From assembly GCF_011386835.1 (NCBI RefSeq), contig NC_088793.1, positions 103,540,001 to 103,604,000 of the forward strand: a stretch of 64,000 nt of DNA, written 5' to 3'. How positions within the stretch are numbered: the stretch's first letter is position 1; each line of letters starts with the position of its first letter. The DNA comes from Chrysemys picta bellii. Its lineage: Eukaryota. The notes under the pieces were generated by a model. The model ran no database searches. It saw only the letters and a program-made list of their open reading frames with translations, and was not told the DNA's origin. This document shows positions 14,021-26,470 of this stretch, in pieces. A program made the position numbers and the translations under genes.

Positions 14021-14335
14021 AGTTTCAACTGTTTGATTTGCAGCTTGCTGTTGTTCTTAAAAGCATCTAGTTTAAGAAAAGCTTTGGCTTCATGTCTTAT
14101 GATATGGGGCAATACCTTGCTCTCATTGAAATCCATCACAAACTCCCACTGATGTCCATGGAATTTACACCAATTTAGATTTATACCCACTTTCCAATAT
14201 GTAATGTGAACACCCTCACACATCACCTCTGAATTTGTCCCATTAGGTCTAATGGAGTTTAAGATGGGGGTAATTCACATGACTAGGGAACAGAAGATAG
14301 GAGTGAAGAAAGAAAAGTAACTAACAAAACTATAA

Positions 14336-14608
14336 AAAGCAACAGAGGGTCCTGTGGCACCTTTAAGACTAACAGAAGTATTGGGAGCATAAGCTTTCGT
14401 GGGTAAGAACCTCACTTCTTCAGATGCAAGTAATGGAAGTAAAAACCATAAATAAGCTAACTCTAATGGAATTACTTGCATCTGAAGAAGTGAGGTTCTT
14501 ACCCTCGAAAGCTTATGCTCCCAATACTTCTGTTAGTCTTAAAGGTGCCACAGGACCCTCTGTTGCTTTTTTACAGATTCAGACTAACACGGCTACCCCT
14601 CTGATACT
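14336..14608. mobile_element. Penelope-like inverted-repeat insertion
   Basis: 100-bp arms 14335-14434 and 14471-14570 with 1 mismatch; tail cagactaacacggctacccctctgatac; 14-bp TSD TAACAAAACTATAA (14322-14335, 14609-14622). Confidence 0.85.
14387..14427 (-). ncRNA. Minimal type-I hammerhead ribozyme motif (Penelope-associated)
   Basis: Minus strand GCAU-CUGAAGA-A-[GUG(A)GGU UCUU ACC CAC]-GAAA-GC-UU-AUGC: core, stem I GCAU/AUGC, stem II and palindromic AAGCUU stem III. Confidence 0.65.
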
Positions 14609-15659
14609 TAACAAAACTATAACTACATTTAAAAATTACAGATTAACTGAAAGTGAGATTTTAAACCTATTTAATTAAACCAGTACAATTCTTGTGTGGA
14701 CACTCTTAATCTGATTTAAATCTGGCTCAAATCAGTTTATCTTAATGGATAAGCTAAATCGATATAAAATAGTTTTGATCAAATGAAGAATGTCCACACT
14801 GGAGGTTAGAACAGTTTAACTAAATAATTTAAAATCAGATTTAAAGTTAAATTGCTGCAACTTTGACATGGACAAGGCCTAACTCTGACCCTAGTCCTCC
14901 AGAACATTTCAAAATTAAACAAACACACAGAATGCCAGGGTGGAAGGAATGCTTTCAAATTGCTATCAATTTCTAAGAAAAGGATTGTTAAATATAGGTG
15001 AGCTCACTCAATCTGCAATGGGATGAGAGGCTGAGCACATTTTCAAAGTTTTGGTAATCATGGAGAAAGGGAAACTGAATGCCTCTGATATAGTCCTCAA
15101 AAAATTCAGTTATTACTGCCTGCCTGTCATGGGGTCTTTACAACCCATGCTGTTTTGGCAACCAAAGTTCAACACAGAAATTGCCTGCCTGCTCAGCCGG
15201 AGTTGATTAGCAGCCCCACAGCAGCTGTAAGGGTAAAAGGGCTATAAGGGAGGAGAGTGGGGTAGCTGCCAGAGAGGCAGAGGGACTGTGGAAAGAAGCT
15301 CCTGCCAACAAATGGTGAGAAGCTGCCAGAGAAGCCAATACTCCAGAGAGAGAGAGAAACAGAACAAGAGGCTGGAAAGTCCACAGAGGTAGGAAGCAGC
15401 TGAGGGAACAACAAGGAACTTCAGAAGGGTTAATTTTGGCTGCTCTGAGCTGGAGCCTAGTGGAGCAGGTGGACCTGGGTTCCCCTATTCCTTCCTTGGG
15501 ATGGGGGAAGGTCAAGGACTACAGGTGTCAGACAAAGGCCAGAGGAGAGGCTCTCAGGCCATTGGACTTTGAGTTCCTTATTTTTGGACTTTTCTATTAG
15601 CCACAAAAGGGAATTGACTGCACAGTGACGTATCAGGAGAGCTAGGCCTCATAAGATAA

Positions 15660-18209
15660 CACTGGTCTACAATTTTTGAGAAGTCGTCTGCTTCAGAGAT
15701 AAAATGTGCTATTTATTATGTATTTTGATGTGCTGAATTCAAATATCACAATTAAAACAACTGATTGGCTACTGTTTCTAAGATATTTAAGTTTTTACAT
15801 TTTCTGTCTATGTATATTGTGTAGATAGTAGAGTTTTAATCATAAATTGTAAACCTAGGTCTTTTCATGTGTTTATGGTTGGTTTACATGATAATATTTC
15901 ACCTGTCCTGTTTATGTAACACTTTAAAAATCAGCAAAAGAGTTATATAAATAAAATTGATTATAAAACAAAAGGCAAAAAACTATTATGTACATAGTTT
16001 AGTCCTATTCAGTGTTTACTCGGCGCTTCTTGGCTTGTCTCTTGTATTCATTAAATGGAGCATCTCTTGTCACTGTCCAGCAATAGTCTGCAAGCATTGA
16101 TGGGCTCCATTTGCCCTGATAGCGTTTCTCCATTATTGCAATGTCCTGGTGAAATCGCTTGCCGTGCTCGTCGCTCACTGCTCCGCAGTTCGGTGGAAAA
16201 AAATCTAGATGAGAGTGCAAAAAATGTATCTTTAGTGACATGTTGCAACCAAGGCTTTTGTATGCCTTGAGGAGGTTTTCCACCAACAACCTGTAGTTGT
16301 CTGCCTTCTTGTTTCCGAGAAAATTTATTGCCACTAACTGGAAGGCTTTCCATGCCGTCTTTTCCTTGCCACCCAGTGCATGGTCAAATGCATCATCTCG
16401 AAGAAGTTCACGAATCTGAGGACCAAAAAAGACACCTTCCTTTATCTTAGCTTCACTTAACCTTGGAAATTTTCCACGGAGGTACTTGAAAGCTGCTTGT
16501 GTTTTGTGAATGGCCTTGACAAAGTTCTTCATCAGACCCAGCTTGATGTGTAAGGGTGGTAACAAAATCTTCCTTGATTCAACAAGTGGTGGATGCTGAA
16601 CACTTTTTCTCCCACTCTCCAATGACTGTCGGAGTGGCCAATCTTTCTTGATGTAGTGGGAATCTCTTGCACGACTATCCCATTCGCAGAGAAAACATCA
16701 GTACTTTGTGTATCCAGTCTGCAGACCAAGCAAGAGAGCAACAACCTTCAAATCGCCACAAAGCTGCCACTAATGTTGGTCATAGTTTATGCACCTCAAA
16801 AGTTGTTTCATGTTGTCATAGGTTTCCTTCATATGCATTGCATGACCAACTGGAATTGATGACAAAACATTGCCATTATGCAGTAAAACAGCTTTAAGAC
16901 TCGTCTTCAATGAATCAATGAACAGTCTCCACTCATCTGGATCGTGAACGATGCTGAGGGCTGCCATCACACCATCGATGTTGTTGCAGGCTACAAGATC
17001 ACCTTCCATGAAGAAGAATGGGACAAGATCCTTTTGACGGTCACGGAACATGGAAACCCTAACATCACCTGCCAGGAAATTCCACTGCTGTAATCTGGAG
17101 CCCAACAGCTCTGCCTTACTCTTGGGTAGATCCAAATCCCTGACAAGGTCATTCAGTTCACCTTGTGTTATGAGGTGTGGTTCAGAGGAGGAGGATGGGA
17201 GAAAATGTGGGTCCTGTGACATTGATGGTTCAGGACCAGAAGTTTCATCCTCTTCCTCTTCCTCGTCTGACTCAAGTGAGAATGATTCTGGTGCATCAGG
17301 AACCGGCAGTCCTTCTCCGTGGGGTTCTGGGCGTATAGCTGATGGAATGTTTGGATAATGCACAGTCCACTTTTTCTTCTTTGACACACCTTTTTCAACT
17401 GGAGGCACCATGCAGAAGTAACAATTGCTGGTATGATCTGTTGGCTCTCCCCAAATCATTGGCACTGCAAAAGGCATAGATTTCCTTTTCCTGTTCAACC
17501 ACTTGCGAAGATTTGTTGCACAAGTGTTGCAGCATATGTGTGGGGCCCACCTCTTGTCCTGATCTCCAATTTTGCAGCCAAAATAAAGGTGATAGGCTTT
17601 CTTAACCATGGTGGTTATACTGCACTTTTGTGATGCAAAAGTCATTTCACCACAAACATAGCAGAAGTTATCTGCACTGTTCACACAAGTACGAGGCATC
17701 TCTGCTCACTTTGGCTAAACAGAAATGTGTCCCTTTGCAAAATCAAACACTGACAAATAAGAGAGCACAACACTGTATGATTTCTAGAGCTGATATAGGG
17801 CAGTTTGTTCAGCAGAGTGATGTAAGCTTTGTTATGATTGTATCATCCATGACTTCTAGGAATAACATGATGCAATTCATATCATGTATGACGCAATACC
17901 ACCTTCAGATTGCATCATTCATTGTTTTGCCTAAAAAGCAAGTACTGTCCAAACCCAGTCATAGATTTATTCCTAGATCCAGTCAAAGATGTATTTTAGT
18001 CATTTCTGGTTTAAATTGAGATCCCTTCCCTTTATAACTCACTTATCCTCCGCCATTCTCAAGTCAAGGGTCGTGTATACTGACCCAATAGCATATCTTG
18101 AAAACTAGAGCCAATCAACAATTTTAAGCATCATTTTCATTCTCAGTGACCCAGAATTAGTAAAGTTTGACTACATTTATTTCAGAAGCATTTTGGCTGT
18201 AGAGCAGTG
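15660..18209 (-). mobile_element. Full-length Chapaev3 (CMC superfamily) DNA transposon, 2550 bp
   Basis: Termini CACTGGTCTACA / CACTGCTCTACA plus subterminal inverted repeats (TGCTTCWGARATAAA, TGATTGGCT..GTTT..AAGATAT); 3-bp TSD TAA (15657-59, 18210-12); internal transposase. Confidence 0.92.
16005..17699 (-). pseudogene. Chapaev3 transposase, 564 codons with two in-frame stops
   Basis: ORFs 16770..17699 and 16005..16622 share one frame; the gap reads *WQLCGDLKVVALLLGLQTGYTKY*CFLCEWDSR (stops at 16770-72 and 16698-700). Chapa zinc finger (FCYVCG...HICCNTC...W...H..NCYFC); LHIKLGLMKNFVKA; RFHQDI..MEKRYQG. Confidence 0.9.
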
Positions 18210-18935
18210 TAATAGACTATCTTGAAGCCAGAAGGGTGCACTAGACTGAAAGGACACCTGTAGCACCACACCTGGATACAGGGAGGTGCTCTGGATGCAA
18301 GGGTGTCCACCTATATGTGGTACTGAAGTGGGATTCGGCATATAATCACAGCAAAGGCCCACCAATCCCCACAGAATTTTAAGATGGAGGAAGCTCTCTG
18401 ATATTTGCCCAGCAATATGCTGCACTCCTAGAACGGACGGCTGTGCAAGAGCAACAATGACAAATGCAAGCTCTGACACTACACCTGGCAGGCCCAGCAT
18501 GAATGAGCTGCAAGCAGTGGCCCAGCAACAGCAACAAGAAGGCCAAACCCTGGCTCAATAGTGAAACCAGCAAATGCTAGAGATGGTATTTGCCCAGCAA
18601 CAGCATCTGGACAACTTAGTTCGAGTGTTGACTGGAAGAGCTTCACCTTTGACGGCTGAAGCTAAGATAGACTTGGGAGGTTGGTCAGGAAGCCCTATGC
18701 TATCTAAGGTAAGGCCCAGCAATAACCCAGAGGCCTTTTTGGAGATCTTACAATGCCTTGCAAGTTGTGCTCACTGGAACCCTGAGATGTGGGCCATCTG
18801 CTTGGCAGATGTTTTGATGAGAGCAACACATGCGGCCTATGGGGCGCTAGATCATCAACCCATCTTCAATTATCCAATGGTGAAAGCAGCCATATTCAAA
18901 ATAAGTGAAGAGACTTACTGTTACAGTTTCAGCAA

Positions 18936-19030
18936 ACAGAATCATAGAATATCAGGGTTGGAAGGGACCTCAGGAGGTCATCTAGTCCAACCCCCTGCTC
19001 AAAGCAGGACCAAACCCCAACTAAATCAAG
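18936..19030 (-). mobile_element. CR1 LINE 3'-end fragment inside Gmr1 gag
   Basis: agaatcatagaat (reverse of the CR1 ATTCTATGATTCT tail) followed by ggaagggacctcaggaggtcatctagtccaacc. Confidence 0.8.
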
Positions 19031-20225
19031 TTGGAAGTTTAGCCTGTCCACACAACCCAGGCTGCTAGCACTGAATCTTAAAGACCTCAGATGGAAGTGG
19101 ATGAAACCAGAAATCAGGACAGGCAGGCATGTGGCTGAGTTGATAATTATGGAGAAATTCCTCTGAGTTCTCCCTGCTGCTATTTGAGACTGGGTGCAGA
19201 GACACCAACTGGAGACTCTGGACGAATCAGTGAGGCTCACTGATAATTACTTAAAGACTGACACCTCACAAGACACCAGGAAGAGAGAGCCCACCTCCCC
19301 AAGGCCCATAAGAGGGGTCCATATGAGGATTGGCCACTTCAAGGTCATACACTTCCAGGGAACGCTCTTCACCCCGGAAAGACCAGACCTTATGACAGAA
19401 GCTACCCCTAATCTACTCTCCCCCACACTTTCCAAAGTCTAAACCCTGGAGGCATGGTCAGGCCAATGCCTCATACACTCTGCCACCTCATACTTCACCA
19501 GGAGAGGTGATCTGTTTCCAGTGTGAGCAAAACGGACATATCAAGAAAGATTGTCTGACTCTGGAATGCAATTATGGAGCAGAGTTAAGCTCTTCCAGCC
19601 TTAACCAAACATCTGCCAGTCCAAAGTTAACAACAGTGGAACAGGTTAATGGGTAGGAATTGCAAAAGCTTTGGTACTTTCCAGGCTGGGAGGAACAAGT
19701 CAATACAACACCCAATGTGGTATAGTATGTTCTACAACTGAGAGATTGCTTGAAGGATTTACATCATTTTGCACAGCAGAACCTACCCAGATGATTCAAG
19801 AACAGACTACAACAAAGGAGCCTGACTAAGAGAGTTTAGGCCCAGTGAATGGGTCTTAATGCTGTTACCCACTTCAGAATCTAAGATATTGGCATGTGGC
19901 AAGACCCATATGAGATTACTCAAAGGGTCGGCCCTGTAGATTATGAGGTTTGTCAGCCAGATCAGAAGAAGGAAAAACAAATCTATCATGTCAATCTGTT
20001 AAAACCCTGGACAGCCAGAGAAGGGTTCCTTATATCTCAGTACCCCAATGAACCAAAACTAAGACCACAAATACCAATGCCTGTTACAGGCTCAGAGATC
20101 CAGCTAGGGGAACACTTGACCCCCAGGCAACAAAGGCAGGCCAACCTCCTGGTAAGCAAGTTCAAACCCATCTTCTCAGAGAGGTCAGGATAAATGGATC
20201 TGATATTCCACCACATCAAGGCTGA

Positions 20226-20520
20226 GGGCATGTCTACACTTACTGGTAGATCAGCACTGCTGCAATTGATATAGCGAGTGTCAATTTAGCGGGTCTGGTG
20301 AAGACACGCTAAATCAATAGGAGAGCACTCTTCTATTGATTTGTGTACTCCCCCTCCTCGAGAAGCGTAAGGGAAGTCAACGGGAGATGCTCTCTTGTCG
20401 ACACAGCGCAGTGTAGCCATCGCGGTAAGTCGATCTAACTACGTCGACTTCAGGTATGTTATTCACATAACTGAAGTTGCGTAAGCTAGATTGATTTATC
20501 GTGGTAGTGTAGACCAGTCC
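20226..20520. mobile_element. PIF/Harbinger-type MITE inside Gmr1 RT
   Basis: TIRs GGGCATGTCTACACT / AGTGTAGACCAGTCC; 3-bp TSD TGA. Confidence 0.8.
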
Positions 20521-21795
20521 TGAGCTAGGGAAGGTGGTGCAGGAACCATACAACTGCCAGCTAAGAAGATGCAGGCCCTAGTCAAAGAAGAACTGGAGAA
20601 GATACAACAGGTACCATCGTGGAATCTCGAAGCATTTGATGCAATCCAACACTTCTGATCCCCAAACTCGACCCCTCAGGCTCTGTATAGACTTCCATAA
20701 AGTAAATGAGGTCTCTAAGTTCAATGCCTACCCTATCCCTCATGTAGATGACCTCTTCGAGTGCCTGGAGGAATCCCAGTATATAATAACGTTGGATCTG
20801 AAGAAGGAATATTGGCAAGTCCTTCTGATGAGACTGTCTTGGGAGAAGATTGCCTTCTCTATGCCCTGGGGACTCTGAGTTTATAGCCATTGCCTTTGGC
20901 CTACACAGCACAGCAGCCACCTTCCAAAACTTGATGGATGAGGTCCTCTGACTACATACAGATTATGTGGCCACCTATTTAGACAATGTAGTAATCTTCA
21001 GTCATGACTGGGAGTCACATTTAGAGAAAGTGACAGCTGTTCTATGCTCGTTAAAGGCTGCTGGGCTAACAGCAAACCTGGCCAAATGTGCTTTCAGCAA
21101 GGAAGAGACACAATACCTAGAGTACCTCCTGGGAGATGGGGTAATCAAAACCTTAACTGATGAAGGTACAGGCCTTGAAAGACTGTCTTACCCCCATGAT
21201 CAAAAAACAGGTGTGGTCCATTTTAGGCCTAACTGGCGATTATAGAAAATTCATAGTGATGTTTGCCACATTAGGAGCACCCCAGGAAGTATGATGGTAT
21301 GCTGAATGCCAGGCAGCATTCCAAAAAAATTAAAGAGATTCTATGCAGCCAACTGGTCTTACAGATCCCAGACTTTGAGAGGCCCTTTATATTCCAGACT
21401 GATGCCTCAGACATCACCATAGGGGAAGTACTGTCCAAAGAATATGACAAAGAGGAGCATCTGGTGTTATACTTCAATCACAAGTTGCTTGTCCATGAAA
21501 GAGCCTATGCAATAATTGGAAAGGTGTGTCTCATAGTAAAGGAGGCCATTGAAACACTGCTATTTTCTACTATGCAACCACTTTCAATTAATCGACCATA
21601 CTCTACTGAAGTGATTGAACTGTATGAAGGACATGAGTGCAAGAATTATGAGGTGGTATCTTAGCCTGCAGCCTTACTCCTTTTTGGTGGAGTATTGCTC
21701 CAGTCATCAGAAGAAGAATGAAGATTTCTTCTCCCAGGAAAGGGAGAGCAACACTTCCACAGAGAATGCTCCCGCTTAATTCCAAAGAGAGGAGG

Positions 21796-22275
21796 TGTCA
21801 GAGACCAGACCAGCTAGGACCAGCTGCTGGCCTGCTCCCTGACTAACTTCACTGCTAGGCAACCAAAGAGCCCAGCTGCATTGTCTTAGAACTGACAGAG
21901 TGGCCAGAGCCCTTGATTGGCTGCTAGTTTAACAGCTCTGCATATAAGCCTGAGCCTGGCCCGCACAGTGGATCAGAGGCTGCTCTAAGTGTACCATGCC
22001 TGTATCTGTGTTTGCCCTTGGTCCAATCCCTGCTCCAGCCTGCCTTCAGTGCCTGCTCCCCTCTGGCTTCAGACTTCTAGCTTTGATCCACAGCTCTGCC
22101 TCTGGCTTACGACTCTGGTTTACCCTCTGACTCTGGCATTTGTCCACTGTCCATCTGGTACTGACCCTCAGCTCATTTCCTGGATTCCGCCCACTGTGGA
22201 TCCTGCTCTAACCAGTAGGCTGAACTCTTGCTTTTCCACCATGAGGCCTGACCACCTATGACCCAGTTGCCTACA
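21796..22275 (+). mobile_element. Second, unrelated LTR (LTR-B) preceded by a polypurine tract
   Basis: PPT AAAGAGAGGAGG 21784-95; TG...CA termini; ATTGG box at 21916, CATATAAG at 21941. Confidence 0.65.
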
Positions 22276-22899
22276 GTAAATCTGTCATGGGGCCTATACA
22301 CCCCATGCTGGTTTGGCAACCAAAGGGTCAGAGCTGACAGGCAGCCCCACAGTAGCTGTGACTGTAAGGGAGGAGGGCGGGATGGCTGCCAGAGAAGCAG
22401 AAGGACTGTGGAAAGAAGTTCCTGCCAACAAACTGGTGAGAAGCTGTCAGAGAACCCAACATTCCAGAGAAACGAAGCAAAAGGCTGAAAAGGCCAGTAA
22501 GGTAGGCAACAGCTTCAGGAGCAGCAAGGGACTTGAGAAAGGTTAACTTCTGGCTCCTCTGAACCATGGCCCTGACTGGGACCCACCTCTTCCCCAGACT
22601 CAGAAGGGAGAGGGAAAATGGTCACGGACTACCAGTGTTAGACATAGGCTGGAGGAAAGACTCTGAGACCATTGGTCTTATTTTGCTGTTAATCATGAAA
22701 GGGGACAGACTGAGCAGTGATTTAGTAGGAGAGCTACGCCACATAAGACAACAGACTGTCTTTATGCTAGAAGGACTGGAAGGGGCACTAGAATGAAAAG
22801 ACCCCTGCAGCACCATACCTGGACATAGGGAGGCACTTAAGAGGTGAGGGGCACTCCTACATTGCCCACACATGGCATATACAACAGGGTTTTTACCAG

Positions 22900-22919
22900 C
22901 ACACACACACACACACACA
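22900..22919 (+). repeat. (CA)10 microsatellite
   Basis: Direct reading. Confidence 0.9.
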
Positions 22920-24422
22920 AAAAGACAAGGGAAATCCACTGAACCATTTGTCAAGATATAACGCGGTAACTTTGGGGCTAGTAAAAGTGAACACATTTGA
23001 GACAGACTGGTAATTGGTATTTCTGAAAAGGACTGAAGGGAAGATCTCCAGTCATAAACAAATTGAACACTAGAGAATGCCACTGAGATGACACATCACT
23101 AAGAAGTCCCGTCAAGAGACTGCATAAGTAGTCGAGGCCATCATTATTAAAATATTCCCAAACAACAAAAGGGCACAGACAAAACAAGCATACACAGTTA
23201 AATACACAGAGAACTCACAAAAGCAGCACACATGTGAAGCTGAGTATACAGCCAGAAATGGAAAAAGGCCATTTTGCAGTCGTGTGCTGAACAAAAGGTA
23301 TTAAGAAGTAACATGCAGAGACATTCTTCTTAGGCTCAATTACTTGTGCTGATAACACTATTGAACCCTGGAAAGTGGATTTGCTTATTCATGGTAAACT
23401 GGTGAGATTTAAAATAGACACAGGAGCTAATGCAGCTATTGTCAGTCAATATACAATGGTCTTTATTACCAATCCAAGCTAAAATCACACTTTATCCAGG
23501 ATAGCCCAGTGGACAAACTGTACTTGAAAGGGCAGTTTATAAATGAGGCAATATACAATGACTATTTATGGAGGTTAGAGTGTAAGAAGGTCATAGGTTA
23601 ACAACCTATGGAGTTGTAATGTTGTAAGAATAGAACTGATACAGAACATTGAAGGGAATATTTGGGAAATGTGTGTCTCTTGAATTGTGAGTCAATGAGG
23701 ATAAAACTGGCAATTCCCTATAGTATTAACAAAGACCACAGAGACCCATTTCTTCTCAAGATCAAGGAGGAACTTTAGAAAGGTTAAAATGCAACATAAC
23801 AAAACCTACACAATGGACCAGATTGGGAATGTAAAAATACATGTTGACCAGAAACAAATTACAAACCAGAGGAATGGGAGTGATACTCTCATTTAACAAT
23901 AGAAAATATAATCCCAAAGATAGCAGGTGTACATGTTTCCCCATTAATTGATACTTCATGCAAACTTTGGTAGAACCTACTGCATCCAGATAGTGCCAAA
24001 TTCACATTTGTTAATAACTTTGGCAAGTACTTTATTTTTTCTTTTATTTTTTCTTGGTTGTTTAGCTTTTTGATATTAGCAGTGCTCTCAAAATATTTCA
24101 GCAGTCAGGGCCTAATTCATAAAATCATCCTTATTCAGGGCAGTGCATAAGCATGTGCTTAATTTAAATGAAGTCAATTGACTTAAGCACCTGTTTAACT
24201 TTAAGCACGTGCTTAAGTGTTCTTCTGAATAGGATTGACTTAAGCATGTGCATAAGTGCTTTCCTAAATCAGGGCCTAAATTACCAAAGTAATGCAGGGG
24301 CAACACATGCATGATATGATGTTTTATGCTGATACAGAGGGAAATAAGAGAAACACTTGTCTGTCCCATGACTGTTCTTGCGTGAAATGAAACATATGAA
24401 GACAATTATACTATCTGATAAT

Positions 24423-24740
24423 CAGGGTCACCCTGGGGGGGGGGGGAGGGCAAGTGGGGCAATTTGCCCCAGGCCCCGGGCCCCACTGGGGCATCCACGA
24501 GAGTTTTTCGGGGCCCCTGGAGCAGGGTCCTTCACTCGCTCCAGGGGCCCCGGAAAACTCTCACGGGTCCCGGGCCCCCGGAGCTTCTTCCGCTCCGGGT
24601 CTTCAGCTGCAATTCGGCAGCGGGGGATCCTTCCGCCCTGGGAACCGCCGCTGAAGTGCCGGGTCTTTGGCGGCAATTCGGGAGCGGGGGCCCCCTGCCG
24701 CCGAAGACCCCAGGCCCTCTGAATCCTCTGGGCGGCCCTG
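24423..24740. mobile_element. GC-rich hAT-like MITE
   Basis: Termini CAGGGTCACCCTG / GGGCGGCCCTG with internal inverted repeats; TSD poorly preserved. Confidence 0.65.
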
Positions 24741-25440
24741 CTGTTTCCCTAAAGTAAGGCTGTCTCTACAGTTAATTAACAGAGTAATGTTTACCTATAC
24801 CAGAATGAAAAAGAAAACAAAATGTTTATTCTTTTGTTTCTCCAAACCAACATATTGTATAATGTTCTAGCAGCCTCAAATTGTTCCTTACAAGTCATAA
24901 AAAGAAGAGTATTCTTCGTACTAACGTCTTCCCTATAGATTGTAATATTACTCTTTCCTATTTTATATGTAATAACATGAAACTTTTATGGATCATTCTA
25001 TTAAAAAAAGTGAATAAATTGTTACGGTTGTACAGTTAAATACTCAGGAGTGAGGAAATGAGCATGTCTTATGGAAAGATTTCATAATTGCAGATATCCT
25101 AACCAACCACAATAAATTCAAAATATATTCATATGCTAGAAGAAGGAGAAGCAGTTATAGGGGTCACAGAAATCTATAGGCCAATGTCTTTGGAAAAAAG
25201 TAAAAACTGGCAAACTAGATAGGCAGACCAAAAGCTCCTGCTGAAACTCATACTGGGATAAAGGGTCAATATATTAAAAATAAGCCTCAAAATATGTGTC
25301 TTCTAAACAAAGAAACCACTTACTAGATCTTGAAGGCATGCTACTTTATAAGGACAGGATAGTAACCCATAAGCCTGGAGAAGAAATTGTAAATAAAATA
25401 CAGGACGGTCCCCGGGGCATTAGAAAATCCAGATAAGACA

Positions 25441-26470
25441 GAGACTATCTTAGGACTGGAAGGGACCTCCAGGGGTCATCTAGTCCAGTGCCCTGCACTC
25501 ATGGCAGGACTAAGAATTATCTAGAACATTCCTGACAGCTGTTTGTCTAACCTGCTCTTAAAAATCAACAGTGATGGAGTTCCACAACCTCCCTAGACAA
25601 TTTATTCCAGTGCTTAACTATCCTACCAGCAGGGCCGGCTCCAGGCACCAGCCCAGCAAGCAGGTGCTTGGGGCGGCCAACAGAGAGGGGCGGCACCTCT
25701 GGCTCTTCGGTGGCAATTCGGCGGCGGGTCCCTCACTCCCTCTTGGAGTGAAGGACCTGCCGCCAAATTGCCGCCGTAGAATGAAGCGGCAGCGGTAGAG
25801 CCGAAGTACCGCAGATCGCGATCATGGCTTTTTTTTTTTTTTTTTTTTTTTGTTGCTTGGGGCGGCAAAAACCCTGGAGCCAGTCCTGCCTAACAGGAAG
25901 TTTTTCCTAATGCCCAACGTAAACCGCTCTTGCTGCAGTTTAAGCCCATTGCTTCTTGTCCTATTCTCAGATGTTAACAAAAACAATTTCTCTCCCTCCT
26001 CCTTGTAACAACCTTTGAAAACTGTTATCATGTTCCCTCTCAGTCTTCTCTGCTCCAGACTAAACACACCCAATTTTTTCAATCTTCTCTCATAGGTCGT
26101 GTTTTCTAGACCTTTAATCATTTTTGTTGCTCTTCTCTGGACTTTCTCTAATTTGTTCACATCTTTCCTGAAATGTGGCGCCCAGAACTGGACACAATAC
26201 TCCAGTTGAGGCCTAATCAGCATGGAGTAGAGTGGAAGAATTACTTCTCATGTCTTGCTTACAACACTCCTGCTAATACATCCCAGAATGCTGTTTGCTT
26301 TTTTGGCAACAGTGTTACACTGTTGACTCATGTTTAGCTTGTGATCCATTATGACCCCTAGGTTTCTTTCTGCAGTACTCCTTCCTCGCAGTCATTTTCC
26401 ATTTTGTATGTGTGCAAAGTGGAGTACTTTGCATTTGTCCTTATTGAATTTCATCCTATTTACTTCAAAT
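25441..26470 (-). mobile_element. CR1 LINE 3' portion (ORF2 C-terminus)
   Basis: LIRPQLEYCVQFWAPHFRKDVNKLEKVQRRATKMIKGLE...LFSLE-like...RTRSNGLKLQQERF (25900-26223); CR1 3'UTR at ~25450-25620. Confidence 0.9.
25630..25888. mobile_element. hAT-like MITE inserted in CR1
   Basis: CAGGGCCGGCTCCAGG ... CCTGGAGCCAGTCCTG; 8-bp TSD CCTACCAG / CCTAACAG. Confidence 0.85.

Larger units (their letters stand above)
15125..22861 (+). mobile_element. Gmr1-like Gypsy LTR retrotransposon (INT before RT), decayed
   Basis: LTR-A copies 15125-18315 (split by Chapaev) and 22283-22861; TSD CTGCC/TTGCC; tRNA-Leu-like PBS TGGTACTGAAGTGGGATTCG at ~18318; zinc knuckle CFQCEQNGHIKKDC ~19513; integrase C-terminus (WQDPYE..VGPVDYEV..YHVNLLKPW) at 19894-20010 precedes RT (20636-21245) and RNase H (QTDAS, 21299-21664). 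Confidence 0.85.

Noticed and set aside
18318-18337. tRNA-Leu-like sequence
   Set aside because: Only a degenerate primer-binding site complementary to a tRNA 3' end; no cloverleaf
25822-26223. 133-aa ORF as a host gene
   Set aside because: CR1 ORF2 C-terminus running into a MITE poly-T; not a cellular gene
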